Shown here piece after piece: positions 38,388 to 54,962 of a stretch of 64,000 bases of DNA. The translations under genes were made by a program, and so were the position numbers. The DNA lies in the NCBI GenBank assembly GCA_964016885.1, contig OZ024757.1:4836001-4900000 (forward strand), read 5' to 3'. The stretch is from Eledone cirrhosa (Eukaryota). Position 1 is the first letter of the stretch. Every line of letters begins with the position of its first letter. The notes beneath the pieces are model-generated. The model saw nothing but the letters and a program-made list of their open reading frames with translations. It ran no database searches and was not told the origin of the DNA.

Positions 38388-38990
38388 AGGTCACCAGTTG
38401 GTGCTACTGGTAACATGTATCCCAGTACAACCTGTCTCATGGTCGGGTCGTTGGCGACTAAACTGGCAACCCCACCAAGTTTTCTTGGTGAGGAGGGTGA
38501 CTTTAGACATCCTGCAGGACTAAAAACAAAACCTGTCAAAGGGCCAAGGAGCTCTTAAGAGTCAATGGCCATCCAAAATCACCGGGAGATATGACCCCTT
38601 AGCCTTTGTCAAGGCAGAATTCTAGGAGAAGGAAAACTCTGATATAACACCTGCAACCCTGATGGTATCCAATGATGTTGACTTGTTCTTCTTTTTGGTA
38701 AATATCATCTTGGTTAAGTGAGACTGGCTCTGTGCAGTGCCTTTGCTCACTATATAAGCTTCACGGCACAGGCATTGCTTTATATCTGGAGATCTCTCTG
38801 CACTTGCCGTCACATGGTACCATGGGCCCAGCACTATGTGTCAATAATTGTCACAAGTGTAGTGTTTGTACCAGAGTTTTCAAGTCGCTGGCTGGACTAA
38901 AAAGTCACACTCGTTCAGCGCATGGGTAGGGGTTCTCCTACATGGATATAAAGTAGTGGCCGTACTCGAAAACGAGTTGGCAGCCACCAT
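38385..38990 (+). mobile_element. Internally deleted RTE-like element (5'UTR-like part plus C-terminal Zn finger)
   Basis: AGGAGAAGGAAAACTCTGA 5'UTR-like motif (related sequence at ~53740-54050 on -); CSVCTRVFKSLAGLKSHTRSAH. Confidence 0.5.
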
Positions 38991-39370
38991 ATATATATAT
39001 GTATATATATGTTTATATTTTTATATCAATAATCTTTTAACATATATGTGTATATAAAAAATATACAGTGTCTCCCCAAAAATGTATGCACACTTCAACT
39101 ACAGTCTATGTACGTGTGTATACATTTTTGTGGGACATTCTATATATACATATCATTAAACGTCTCCTACATGTGTATAAATAAATGTATGTATAAATAA
39201 ATATACATGAAATATGTCGAAATAAAATATAGATTCAGTAGTTTATTATGACCAAGATTGAATATTTAATGGAATTAAGTGGAATTTATTAGGAAATAAG
39301 ACAATAAAACAGTGAATTGTTGAGGTTAAAAGAGAGAAAAACAAAATGTCCTCTCTTTATAAACTTTAAT

Positions 39371-39555
39371 TGTTTCTACTATTGGCACAAGGCCAGAAAT
39401 TACCCAGTACATTACTGGTACTTTATTTTATCGACCCCGTAAGGATGAAAGGCAAAGTTAACCTCGGCGCGATTTGAACTCAGAATGGCAAGGGCCGTAA
39501 CTCTATGCGTCAAAGCATTGCGTCCGACCCTCTACCGATAGTGCCAATCCACCGC
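39371..39555 (-). mobile_element. Full-length Meta-type SINE with 21-bp TSD
   Basis: TSD CCTCTCTTTATAAACTTTAAT at 39350-39370 and 39556-39576; A and B boxes on -. Confidence 0.9.
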
Positions 39556-40287
39556 CCTCTCTTTATAAACTTTAATGTGGCTGAATTAGTAGCAGCTCGG
39601 CTTACTAAACTCAGCTCTCTCATCTGACAAGGGTTCGAATCTCACGTAGTTCACTATAGTGTCTACAGAGTTATCTCCTACTGCTTTTATATAGTTTCAC
39701 TGTTTACGCTACAGAGGGCACTACAATAATTTACTAGTGTGAGCAGTCTGGCTTACTAACGCCAGGACTAAAGTGTTACATGGTTCCAACCGGGCTGGTT
39801 CCTTAACTTTTAAAAAGAGTTATCACCCATAGCCTTTCAGAGTTTCTTAGTTTACTCGAAAGGTGGCGTGGCGATCTGCTTTTATGAGGTGTAGTAAGAG
39901 ACAATAATATAAGGAAGGAGGAGGAGTGAGAGAGATAGAAAGACAAAACTGTGTTAATTCTCTCTCCCCCTCTCTTCTTTTCCTCTATCTACCTCTTATG
40001 TCTTCATTTCACTGTTTTATTGTCTTATTTCCTAATTCCACTTAATTCCATTAAATATTCAATCTAGGTCGAAATAAATATTTTCATCTGTGACGATCTG
40101 TACAACCAATAATAGTAGGAGTCACGTTACATGATATGTCTATATACAGGGTATCCCTAAAATATGTATACACATTTACATAGACTGTAGTTGAAGTGTG
40201 TATACATTTTTGGAGAGACCATGTGTATATTTTATATATACATATATATATTAAAAGATGATTGATATATAAATATAAATATATATA

Positions 40288-40607
40288 TCATCATCATCAT
40301 CATTTCAGTTTACGTCTGCTTTTCCCTGCTTGCAAGGGTGAGATCGGAACTGATTCTGGCTTGATTTCTACAGCTGGATGCCCTTCCTAACACCAACCTC
40401 ATTTACAGTGAGTGCTGGGTGCTTTTTTTACCGTGGAATCATAAGGACCCCAGTCCTATCATCTCATTTCTACAGCTGAGTAAACTGGAGCAATGTGAAA
40501 TAAAGTGTCTTGCTCAAGGAAACAACACATCACCTGGTCTGAGAATTGAACTCACAACCTTTTGATTGCAAGGCCAATGCTCTAACCACTAAGCCATGTG
40601 CCTCCAT
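40288..40607 (-). mobile_element. tRNA/CORE SINE with RTE tail
   Basis: Same family as 29243-29581. Confidence 0.9.
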
Positions 40608-41421
40608 ATATATATACATACACTCATATGTCTGTTTATATATATATAAATATACATATATAAAGATATATATACTCTTACTTGCATACAGCTGAAAATG
40701 TATATATGTATGTAAACAGATACTTAAACATACATGTATATGGACAGTTATACATATACAATAACTTATTTCTATACATACATATACCACAAGTAAGGCA
40801 TGGTGTTGCCAACTAACCAGACCTCCCTCATAATGGACCAGCTAGATCCCAAAATACAGGCCTTCTAGCCAACACACAGTCCCAATAAGTGTAAGTTACA
40901 GCGCAGCTATCTGGACAGACTTGTCTTAAGACTACTCATTATCCCACTACATCTTTTGTGTACTATATATATACTGTTTATATATATATACACATATAAT
41001 TGTGTATTCAAACATTATCCTAGTAATGAAATAATTAACAATTTTAGTAAATTGTTCAAAATTCTTAATTAACCCTTTTGGTAGAAACCCAGCCAAAATT
41101 GGTTCTCGTTCTATGGAAATGGTTCCTATCTAAATTAAAGTCTTCCAACGAAATTCAATATAACAACCATATGTTAAGTTACTATGTTAGTAATTAACTA
41201 ACAATTGTGATAAATAGCTCAAAATTAGTCATAATTAATTGAAATACAAGGTTCATAATTATAATAAAATCTTCGAATAGGCTACGAAGCCGGGAAACCT
41301 GAAAGGTACGCAACACACACATCGCTATAGCGTTTCACCAGCCAATTCCTTCCTCAATCATTACATAGATGTGTGTGCATGTAATAATTATTTTGTATTG
41401 TGTGTCTATTCATGAATATGT

Positions 41422-41785
41422 ATGAGTAGATGTGTAACCCATTAGATGTGTGTGTATGTAACTCAGTAGATGTGTGTGTATGTAACTCAGTAGATGTGTG
41501 TGTATGTAACTTAGTAGATGTGCGTGTATGTAACACAGTAGACATGTGTGTATGTAACACAGTAGATGTGTGTGTATGTAACACAGTAGATGTGTGTATG
41601 TAACATAGGAGATGTGTATATAACTCAGTAGATGTGTGTGTATGTAACTCAGTAGATATGTGTGTGTAACACAGTAGAAGTGTGTGTGTATATATAACAC
41701 AGTAGTTGTGTGTGTATGTAACACAGTAGATGTCTATGTAACACAGTAGATGTGTGTGTATATAACACAGTAGATGTGTATGTAA
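41422..41785. repeat. ~22-24-bp minisatellite GTAACACAGTAGATGTGTGTGTAT
   Basis: About 15 tandem copies. Confidence 0.9.
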
Positions 41786-42304
41786 GTAAAGTGTAACGTA
41801 CGTTACGAATGGACGACTAAATGATTTTAACTTGTTTTTTAACAATTGATGGTGTAAAATATTTTAAATTGTCTTAACTCAAACCATAAAGGGCCGCAAC
41901 ACGTGGTGTCTGACACTCTTACCGGCTACATAGTCTGGGAGTCTATTTTACCGAGACCGGATACATAGCTTCTTCCTAACATCTTCCAACATAATTTTAT
42001 ACAAGAACCACATGTTAAGTTACTAATAAAATAATTAATAATTAAAAACTTTAGTAAATCCTTCCAATGATATCTCAGTAATGAAATAATTAATAATTGT
42101 TATAAATACCTCAAAATTCCTCATTAATTAAACCCAAGACAGGTAAAAACTCCAGATTCTTTCAGTCGGACATGAAACAAATTAATTTCTAATGGAAGAA
42201 AAGATGGTAAAGTCAGCCAAGGGAGATCACTCTCAGCGACTTATTGTAATTCTTGTTCCTGAATTAATCCGGATTAAATTATTCCGGTGTATTTTGTGTG
42301 GAGG

Positions 42305-42640
42305 AAACCGGGTTTACGCGGTGATAGCACGCAGTACATGAACGTATGGTTCGTGAGTTCGAATCGCAGACCGGGCGGTCAGTACGTTGGGGCCTTGAAC
42401 AAGACACTTTATTTCTCATTGTTTTATTTCACCCAGCTGGCAAAAATAATAAGTTGTAATAATTATAGTGGAAACGTTGTTACATAGAATTGTCACACTG
42501 AATCTCCCTGAGAACAATGTCAACGGTATACGTGTCAATGAAATACTCAGTCACATTATAATATAAGATGGGTTCTACATGTATTTCGAAGGGAAGCTAT
42601 GTCATACATCTCGCTGAATCTCCCTGAGAACTACGTATAT
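42305..42640 (+). mobile_element. Degenerate tRNA/CORE SINE
   Basis: GAGTTCGAATC B-box; CCTTGAACAAGACACTTTATTTC. Confidence 0.6.
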
Positions 42641-42647
42641 ACTAGTG

Positions 42648-42866
42648 ACTATCAGACATAGTGTATCTAGGACTACATTATCTTATGTACAGTATAGAAA
42701 TTAGTATTAATGGCTATCAGACAGAGTGTATCTAGGACTACATTATCTAATGTACAGTATAGTGTCTATCAGACATAGTGTACCTAGGACTACATTATAT
42801 CATGTACAGTATAGTAGCTATCAGATATAGTGTATCTAGGACTACATTATCTAATGTTCAGTATAG
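42648..42866. repeat. Four tandem copies of CTATCAGACATAGTGTATCTAGGACTACATTATCTAATGTACAGTATAG
   Basis: Direct inspection. Confidence 0.85.
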
Positions 42867-42887
42867 CACTTAGTATTTGTGGCTATC

Positions 42888-43323
42888 ATTAATATAGACT
42901 TCAAGTAAATCTTTGTCAACTTACCTCTTTCAGATATAATCAATGTGTTGTGTTGTTAGTTGTTACTAAACAACCAAAGAAATAATCTCTTTGTTATCAA
43001 ATTAGAAGTTTCAATGTTATCAGCTTTATTTCACGACATTAACGTTGGTGTCTCTTCTTCATCTTTAGTCATAAATTGGTATCTTGTCAGAATGAAGTAG
43101 TGAGGCTCGCTTTATGTCTTTAGCTACAGATTTGATAGGAAATATATATATATTAGGTTGATATGTGGTCTAATATATATATATTGTCTATAAATGACTG
43201 ATAGCAGATGTTCTGGTGAAATAGTAGTTTTACTACTACAGATTGTAATGGAACTCTTAGTAGACACAATTGTAAAGTAAGAATAGATATGACAGTGTAG
43301 GACTGATGTCGGGGAATTAATAT

Positions 43324-43368
<45 letters not shown>

Positions 43369-43640
43369 TTGTTACACAAGATATAATTAGATTCAGAAGA
43401 CAGCAGGTACTCGATGTCGTTGGAAATGATTTAACTCCCTTACCGGTGTCATTAGTTAATAGTCCCTGATATAATTTAATACATTCAGACAGTTCCAATA
43501 GTATTTAATCGATAGTAAATGAAAAGTTATTACTCAGTAAAATATCAATTATATATCTTACGTAGTCTCTCTGACTGCTAGAAATAGCAGTGAAATTATC
43601 CATTATAGACTTTTCTTTATTTAAACTCTTACGTTTAGTA
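42888..43640 (-). promoter_or_regulatory. Complete orphan cassette X (promoter, exon 1 ~43304-42925, donor)
   Basis: Inr-like site 43301-43306; uORF MTKDEEETPTLMS; donor complement ACTTAC at 42919-42924. Confidence 0.55.
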
Positions 43641-44186
43641 AATGTTTGTGTTGAGAATGTGTGTATTTGTGTATTGTATCACGGAAGTCACCATTGAAGA
43701 TGTTAAAAGCAATGTTGTGGAAAATAGCATCGTGCGACTTTGTAATTGTTTATATATAATTTATTTACAGATTACAAAGGTTAGAAGAATGTCTCTTGAG
43801 AGGACAGTTAATGTTATCAATAAAAAGGTTATAAAGATTTAAAGACGTCCGGTCAACTGGCTGAGGCGTTAGCCAGACCTGTAGTGATATCTGTTGCTAC
43901 ATATTGTCTATGCTTGAGAAACGAAAGCAAGAGATGTTTACCTTCACGGTGTCGAGCTGCAAGAGAGAGAGTTTCGAATCTCTGCGGGAATTTTTCCTTC
44001 TGGGCGGAGGTCGAGATACATTTTCCTACGCTGGTAGCGATTGGCTGAACTGAGCCAAACAACGCACAGAGAATGTATCCATGAGCCCTCGGAATGTAGG
44101 TCACTACAATACCCGCTATTTAGTCTGCAAGACGATATATAAGATTGAATCAGCAGGAAAAAGGCTTAAAGAGAGGACATCAATGA

Positions 44187-46642
44187 ATATCATCATCATC
44201 ATCGTTTAACGTCCATATTCCACGCTTGCATGGGTTTGGACGGGAGTTTTCCCACTTGAGGCAAGAGTGTTTGTCTTGTTCGCATAGGACTGTCTGGCGG
44301 ATTTTCTACAGCTGGATGCCCTTCCTAACACCAACCACATTTACAGTGTAGAACTGGGAGGTTTTTACCGTGTTACCTACACGGCCACATTACAGCGTGG
44401 ACTGTGTTTTTTTGTCGTGAGACCTACACGACCTCATTTGTTTCGGCCTGGATGTTGTGGTACCAACATAACTTTACATGGAAAGAAGTGAAGTGGATAG
44501 GGTGGGGGTATATTTTGTTAGAGGTGTCTACTGACTGTAGTAGGTTTTACTTTGTATTTAGGTAAGGCGGGTCTTCTCTATTACTGTGTAGCGCCAAAGA
44601 TCTCGGTCCAGAGACATTGTCTTGGGGAGGTGTAAGTGTGTGAGATCGGAATTTATCAAGTCGTCCCAGGTTTTTCTGGATCTGCCTACTCCGTGGCTAC
44701 CGCCTATTTTTATTGCCCTGCACTTTTTTATACAGCTGTCGTCTTTCATGCGCATCACGTGACCATACCAACGTAGTCTTCTCTCGAGTAAACAACATCT
44801 GATCCCTCTTATTTCTAATTTTCCCCTTAGTTCGTTTATGCTTTGACGTTCACGTATATTACTATTACACATCCAGCGGAGCATGCAAGCTTCGTTTCTC
44901 TCCAGTCTGCGTATATTCTCTGCACACAATGCCCAGGTCTCACTGCCATGCAACATTGCTGTTCGTATGCAGGCATCATACAGCCTGCCTTTCATTTTTA
45001 GGGAGAACCCTTTAGCGGCAAATAGTGGTATAAGCTCTCTGAACTTTTTCCATCCAGTTCTGACTCTAGCTACTGTACTTTCAGAGCACCCTCCCCCACT
45101 GCTGATTTTGTCACCCAGGTAACGGAAGCTGTCTACTATTTCTATAGAACCATCTGTGCAATTGAAAGAGCTAGTTTTTTTGTGGGCACTTGCTGCTACT
45201 TATTGCATCAGAGCACTGGCCACATATAAAATCTATGTTCTTAGTTAGCTTACCTGTGATCCCACTACATCTTTTATGCACCCATACTTTGCATTTGGGA
45301 CATAAAATGGAGTTTCTACCTACTCCTTTCCTACAAACTGGAACTCTAGTCTTAGACAGGTTAATTTTAAGGCCTTTTGATTCTAGGCCATGCTTCCATG
45401 TTTGGAATTACTTCTCTAGTTCGGCCATTGATTCAGCTATGAGCGTTAGATCATCTGCGTATAGGAGTTCCCATGGGCAGCCGATCTTGAACTCCACTGT
45501 TATAGCCTGAAGGGCAATAATAAATAGTAGGGGGCTAAGAACGGAGCCCTGATGAACACCAACTTTTACGTTAAACTCTTCACTATATTCGTTGTTAATT
45601 CTAACCTTGCTGACTGATTCTTTATACATGGCTTGTATAGCTTTCACAAGCCATTCATCAACACCTAGTTTTCTAAGAGCCCACCAGATAATCGAACGGG
45701 GGACTCTGTCGAAGGCTTTCTCCAAGTCGACGAAAGCTAAGTATAGGGGTTTACTTTTAGCTAGGTACTTCTCCTGTAGTTGTCGTACAATGAAAAGAGC
45801 GTCTGTGGTACTTTTGCCTGACACAAACTCGAACTGCATTTCATCTAGCTCAATTCTCTCTGATTAGTTGCGCTATTACTTTTTCCGTGACCTTCATGAC
45901 CTGGTTGATTAATTTAATGCCTCTATAGTTACTCTTATCTAGGGCGTCTCCTTTACCCTTGTAGCAGTTAACGATGATGCTGCTACGCCAGTCCTTCGGA
46001 ACAACCCCATTCTGTACGACTTGGTTTACTATCCGGGTGACCATGGTGTCCCCACCGTTCCAGAGGCCTTCAGCATCTCAGCAACTATTTCCGAAGGACC
46101 AGCCGCCTTACCCGTCTTCATATCTTTGATTGCCTTACTTAATATACTACCTTCGACTAACACTGCTGGTCCCTCTATTGGGTCGATGTGGGGGAGACTG
46201 TCTTTCTCCCATTTATTCTTCTCATCTAGTAGCCTTTCGTAGTGACACTTCCAAACTACCTTTTTATCAGCGTCAGTGATGGCAAGTATGCCATCATCAT
46301 TAAGTACACACTTCTCCCCGACAATATCACGGTTTTCCGTGACACATTGCCTAGCAATCCTGAACACCTCACGGTTTTGGTCCTCGCGTTGTAGAACATG
46401 CTTGAACTTTCTTTCCTCTGCTTCCCTTCTTGCGAAGTACACTTGTCTCCTAGCTTCCCTCCTGGCCACTTGATAGTCTTCTCTACTTCCCCCATCCCGC
46501 CATGCTTTCCAAGCCTGCTTTTTGGTCTTGATTGACCCCTCCACCTTACTGTTCCACCACCATGTTACTCTCCTCCCGCCTACAGGCCTGCTCCAGCCAC
46601 AGACTTCGTCTGCCGCCATCAGCAGGTTTGCTTTCAGGAATA
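44187..46642 (-). mobile_element. 5'-truncated RTE LINE, same subfamily as the 21-24 kb copy, with stops and deletions
   Basis: ORF fragments 46029-46676, 45408-45839 and 44558-44995 closely match the 995-aa protein. Confidence 0.95.
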
Positions 46643-47814
46643 TTTGGTAATATACTGTATGTTTAATTAAAAACACTTTGAAGACCTTGCGCTATTATTT
46701 TAAAGTAGTGACTATGTCACTTTTTTTTCAGCAAAGGAAGGGAGAGAAGCTGACAGATCTGTTTCACACTGTTGGTGTTCCTCAGAGCAACGTACTCGCC
46801 CACCTCTGCCGAAAATTATAAAGGCTGGATTCTTATAGAATTCCAGTAATAATCAGGAACTGATTATACAGAGCGATTGCCGGTCCAGCAAAAATTAAAA
46901 ATTACTTTGCCTTGGATTTCCCCTCTTTCTCACTTCCTTAGTTCTAATCCAAGTATCTAACCACTAGCTATTTAGTCAGATAATATATCTTGACAGAATC
47001 CAATCCTGAGTATCTACATACACCCCACATTACTGCTCACTGGGTTTCACCATCTACCCTCAGTCTATAATTCAGTTTTCCTAAAGACAAACTATCTCCA
47101 ACCTAATTCCTCTCCCAACAAACGTCAATACAAACTGTGATAAGTAAATAGCAAGTACATGTTATTTCTATTTTCACCCTTCTAAAGGGTACATATGTGT
47201 CTATATGTGTGTGTATGTGGTTTTATATATATATATATCAGATAGGGTGTGGTAAAACCAGCTAGACCATAACCCACCAAAGTACTCAATACTTGGGGTA
47301 GTAGAGTGGGTAATATGAAAAGATTCAGGGCCGTTTCGACAACAAGATCTGAACTAGTTGAAATGACCGGAGCTCAGCCGTCGGGGTCTTGATAATTATT
47401 TAAGTGAATTTATAATATAGAATTCGGTTGAAGTGCATTTTGTATTAATCATTACTAAACATCTAATATGAAATATTGAACATTAGCTTAAATAATTATT
47501 GTGTCGACTTGAGTTCGTTATGAGTCTCTTTTTTATAAAAGGATGTTACAGAGTGTACAATAGATAATGGTTACAATATTTTTGAGCAACAACTCTAGTC
47601 CCACACTTTTGAAGGTTTATTATAACATTCTGTGGCTGTTTTGAGCTTGCGCATTTTCAGGTCTAGTATATATGTTCTTTGCTTAAACTTTAATCTGTTA
47701 TTTTAATAAATCTTTCTTCTATGGTTTTTATGTATTTGATATATATTTATCCTTATCGAGCCCTCTTCGGATTTTATTCTTCCCATTTATTATTATTATT
47801 ACTATATATATATA

Positions 47815-49606
47815 GTCATTGTCAACTGCTACAAAGGTAAAGGCGATGCACTAGATAGAGGAAACTATAGAGGTATAAAGTTGATGGACCAGGTCATGAA
47901 AGTAACAGAAAGAGTTATAGCACAGCTGATTAGGGACCGGGTGAATATAGACGAGATGCAATTTGGGTTTGTACCAGGGAAAGGCACCACTGATGCGCTC
48001 TTCCTTGTGAGGCAATTACAGGAAAAGTACCTAGCTAAAAGTAAGCCACTCTACTTGGCATTTGTCGACCTTGAGAAAGCCTTTGACAGAGTTCCACGTG
48101 CAGTAATCTGGTGGGCTCTTAGAAAACTAGGAGTAGATGAATGGCTTGTGAAAGCGGTACAAGCCATGTATAGGGGAGCAGTCAGCAAAGTTAGGATTGG
48201 CAATGAGTATAGCGAGGAATTTAGCGTACAGGTTGGGGTCCACCAGGGCTCTGTTCTTAGCCCTCTCCTGTTCATCATAGTCCTGCAGGCAATAACGGAG
48301 GAGTTTAAGACCGGATGCCCATGGGAACTCCTGTATGCTGATGACCTCGCACTCATAGCTGAATCTATGGTAGAACTAGAGAATAAATTCCAAACCTGGA
48401 AGCAGGGACTAGAGAGAAAGGGCCTCAAAGTCAACATGACAAAGACTAAGGTCCTTATAAGTAGACGAGAAAACAGAACCCAGATCCCCTCAGGGAAATG
48501 GCCTTGCTCAGTATGTAGGAAAGGTGTAGGTAGGAACTCCATTCTTTGCCCCAAATGCAAACAATGGGTACACAAGAGATGTAGCGGGATCTCAGGAAGC
48601 TTAATTAAGAATGTAGGATTCACATGCAGCAGCTGTGCTGAAACAGCAAGCAAACAGCCACAGGAAACAAGTACCACCAATCTCTGGGAGGGCCCTGTAG
48701 AAACAGTAGACAGCTTCTGCTACCTAGGTGACCGAATTAGCAACGGAGGTGGGTGCTCAGAAAGTACAATAACTAGGGTAAGAACGGGATGGAAGAAGTT
48801 TAGGGAACTACTACCACTGCTAGCTGCAAAAGGCTTCTCCCTCAGAATGAAAGGCAGACTGTATGATGCGTGTATCCGAACAGCGATGTTGCATGGTAGT
48901 GAGACCTGGGCGCTGAAGGTGGAAGACTTACGTAGATTAGAGAGAAACGAAGCCTGCATGCTCCGATGGATGTGTAACAGTAATATACGTGAACGACAAA
49001 GCATAAATGAATTGAGAGAGAGACTGAGCATAAGAGGAATCAAATGCTGCGTGCAGGAGAGGCGGTTACGCTGGTATGGACATGTGATGCGTATGAAGGA
49101 TGACAGCTGCATAAAAAGGTGCAGAGCACTAGAAGTTGATGGAAACCGCGGAGTGGGGAGACCCAAGATGACTTGGGATGAGGTGATAAAAGCCGACCTT
49201 ACCCAACTACACCTCTCAAAGTCAATGACACACGACCGTGACTTCTGGCGTCACGCAGTAATACAGGGTACCCGACCTCCCATGGGTACATGCTGAAGCA
49301 TATAAACAATATGCCCCCCCCCCCCCCCCACCGCAAGGTGGTCGTGGAGGTGCCACGGCAAAAAAGCACCCAGCCCACACTGTAAAGTGGACGTGTAGGC
49401 GCCACGAAAAAGCACCCAGCACTCACTGTAAATGAGGTTGGTGTTAGGAAGGGCATCCAGCTGTAGAAATCAAGCCAGATCAGTTCCTGTATAAGCAAGG
49501 CATGGTCAGCCGACCAGACACTGCCCACAACAGGACAACCCGTCTAACCCATGCTAGCGTGGAAGAACGGACGTAAAACGGTGATGATGATGATGATGAT
49601 GATGAT
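47815..49606 (+). mobile_element. 5'-truncated RTE LINE, second subfamily; probable partner of the CORE SINE
   Basis: Open RT ORF, (TGA)n tail, 3'UTR matches the SINE tail. Confidence 0.95.
47881..49296 (+). CDS. RTE reverse transcriptase (partial, uninterrupted) with PHD-like finger
   Basis: FVDLEKAFDRV, LYADDL, CSVC...CPKC....HKRC...CSSC, FCYLG. Confidence 0.85.
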   Translation: MMDQVMKVTERVIAQLIRDRVNIDEMQFGFVPGKGTTDALFLVRQLQEKYLAKSKPLYLAFVDLEKAFDRVPRAVIWWALRKLGVDEWLVKAVQAMYRGAVSKVRIGNEYSEEFSVQVGVHQGSVLSPLLFIIVLQAITEEFKTGCPWELLYADDLALIAESMVELENKFQTWKQGLERKGLKVNMTKTKVLISRRENRTQIPSGKWPCSVCRKGVGRNSILCPKCKQWVHKRCSGISGSLIKNVGFTCSSCAETASKQPQETSTTNLWEGPVETVDSFCYLGDRISNGGGCSESTITRVRTGWKKFRELLPLLAAKGFSLRMKGRLYDACIRTAMLHGSETWALKVEDLRRLERNEACMLRWMCNSNIRERQSINELRERLSIRGIKCCVQERRLRWYGHVMRMKDDSCIKRCRALEVDGNRGVGRPKMTWDEVIKADLTQLHLSKSMTHDRDFWRHAVIQGTRPPMGTC

Positions 49607-49764
49607 ATAGTGTTTGTAAATTCTGTATCGTACAGTTTTGTCAGCATAAGTCTTGGTTACAACTTCTACAAATAAAATTAAAGGAGAATAATTTCAGAAT
49701 AAACACGTTTTATTCAAAACATTAACACCATTGGTGGCACTGTTTTGGGTGAGTGATATGGTTT

Positions 49765-50170
49765 TTATCTTGTCTGATTGTGTTTGTGATGCATTAAGTA
49801 ACCTTTACAAGAAAATGATTTACCACAGACATCACAGTGATATGGTTCCTCTCCTGTATATGTTAGTGTGTAGTGAAGACAACATTTAGAGTATGATTTA
49901 CCACAGACATCACAGTGATATGGTTCCTCTCCTGTATATGTTAGTGTGTAGTGAAGACAACATTTAGAAAATGATCTACCATAGACATCATAGTGATATG
50001 GTTTCTTTCCGTTATGTAGATGTTCATGTATAGAGATGCCACAACATTTACAGTATGATTTATCACAGACATCACAGTGATATGGTTCCTCACCTGTATA
50101 TGTTAGTGTGTAGTGAAGCCACAACATTTAGAGCATGATTTATCACAGACATCACAGTGATATGGTTTCT
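49765..50170 (-). repeat. Defective 78-bp zinc-finger repeats in the ZNF D 3' region, homologous to 28340-29010
   Basis: [24 protein letters not shown] units. Confidence 0.8.
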
Positions 50171-50229
50171 TTTCTGTAAATGTTAGTGCCGAGTGAATGA
50201 CTTATTTCAGAGAATGATTTCCCACAGAT

Positions 50230-52717
<2,488 letters not shown>

Positions 52718-54084
52718 TTATATATTATATTCATAAAAATATTTCTTCTGCTATATTTCCAACAACTGTGACCTCAGTCAAGATCTGAAGATGATGTAAA
52801 CTTCTTTATGATCCAAGTTTAGTTAAGATTCAAAATCATCTTGTAAATATTTCAGACGGTGACAAAACAAAATTTTTCAAAGAAACACAGTTCTGAGGAA
52901 ATATTTCACAGTAATTCTGCGATAGATTTATATAAACAGTGTTATATGAGTTCTGTAACAAAAGATTTAGTCTTGGAATAATGATAAATAGAGGGGATGT
53001 ATTCAAGATTAAAGAGTAAATATATCACAATGTCATCTGGTATTCTGAAATAAGAAAGAAACAGTATGAGATAATAGAGAATACTTTAGAAGCGGAGATA
53101 GATTTAACATTGGAAATTTATATTTCTATATTAATAAATTGTAGATATCAACTTTCCTGTCCAGAGTTATTCTCTCCAATGTGAGCAGTGGTACTCCAGC
53201 AAGCTCTATAAATTTTTTCCTTCTAACTCTTGGGAGGTCTGCTCTATAGCCTTTACCCAGGAACTTCATTCTTATATGACATTCTAACATGGGAATTGTC
53301 TGAGACCTGAGATGTGTAACTTAACAGTTTCTTGAGTAACAGTTCTTTCTACATGGAAGGGAAAAATGCTGTGCAATTGCTTGATAAGAGTCAAAGGATT
53401 CTCACACATGGCTACCCTAGGCACCCCAATAACATGACATGTGTTAGTCCTGTAGACACAATTAGTGGGAACTTTATTTGCAGGGCTTTCCATAATTTTG
53501 GCATTGTTTTTTTCTTTTCTGGTTGGATGTCCTTCCTCTCATCAACACCTTTACAGCAAGGACTGGGTGTATTGTTTGTGGCACTAGAGAGGTTATTTTA
53601 CTGGACTTCAGAGCTCTCTACCCTGTATCAGTTTCTATTACGAGTGTCTACAATGATGATGAGGATATATACATATATACAAATATATACATATGTGTAT
53701 ACATATATATATATATATATATATACATATGTGTGTGATGGCTGCAAATCTGCTAAGAGTATTGCAATCACTTGTCAGATTACAGGAAATGGATCAACTT
53801 TAGGCTACGGCCAGCCACACGAACCTGTAACATATCCTGGACAAGCAATGCCTGTGTTTTGAAGGTTTTTTAAGTGGGGAAAGGCCTTGCACTCAACCAA
53901 TCCCAATCTCTGAACATCAAAAACAGTACCCGAAAAGGAGAACTGGTCAACATCATCGGATGCTTCCGAGGCCACAGGTTTTCTTTCAGAGTTTCCCTCT
54001 CCTTGAAAGGTGTTGTGACCACAACTGGGGCCTTTCACTCCCAGGTGTAAAAGAAAAAGAAAAATGTATATACATATATCGTTA

Positions 54085-54640
54085 TCATTTAACGGTCATT
54101 TTCCACGGTAGCATGGGTTTGATGGGTTGTCCCATTTGAAGAAAGTTGGGTTAGGTGACCATCTTTTGCTCATACAGAACTGTTTGACTTTGTCTACATG
54201 GAGGGATGCCCTTCCTAAAGCCAACCATATTTACAGTATGCTGGGTGCTTTTTGCTGTGACTCCTACAAGACCACTTTACAATGTGGGCTGGGTGTTTCT
54301 ACCGCGACACCTACATGACCACTTTACAATGTGGATTGGGTGCTTTTTGTTCTGACACCTACATGATCAATAAACAGTGAGGGCTGGGTGTTTTTTGACA
54401 TGACACCTACATGACCACTTTATATAGTAGACTGAGCGCTTATTGTAGTGACACATACACAACCACTTTACAGTGAGGCTGGGTGCTTTTTGTCATGACA
54501 CCTACACGACCACTTTATATAGTAGACTGAGCGCTTATTGTAGTGACACATTCACAACCACTTTACAGTGTAGACTGGGTTGTTTTTTGTTGTGACACCT
54601 ACACGACCACTTTACATAGTGGGCTAGGCGCTTTTTGTTA
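54085..54640 (-). repeat. RTE 3'UTR fragment with a ~45-bp motif amplified in tandem (~8 copies)
   Basis: GACACCTACACGACCACTTTACAGTGTGGGCTGGGTGCTTTTTG repeats; motif occurs 2-3 times in intact RTE 3'UTRs. Confidence 0.8.
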
Positions 54641-54962
54641 TATTAAATACATCAACACAGAAAGAAGCGTGGGGTGTGTGGAAAATCGGTAAAACTTCAC
54701 GGGAGATAGACAACCAGAATTAGTCATTTAGTTTACATAATTAGACCCCAACCCATCTTATTTATTTTATAACATATGGGATTTCTAGTAATGTACTTTT
54801 TGTCATGTATAATGTTTTTTAATGTCTGAAGAATATTGTCGCAGGAATGCGACCACATAAAATAATATTTCACAAGGGATAAGAAACATTGAATAAACAG
54901 AGGGTAGGGTGAATCAAGAGCGGCTGGTGTAAAAAATCTGAAAAATAAATAAGTGAGGGAAA

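Noticed and set aside
44102-44114. ACTACAATACCCG (ACTAYRNNNCCCR promoter motif) and YY1-like CGCCATCTT near 12856
   Set aside because: Single short matches with no associated gene structure.
47330-47390. Possible further hammerhead cores (47330-47390 on -, and CTGAAGA near 54826)
   Set aside because: Core or stems too degenerate to support.
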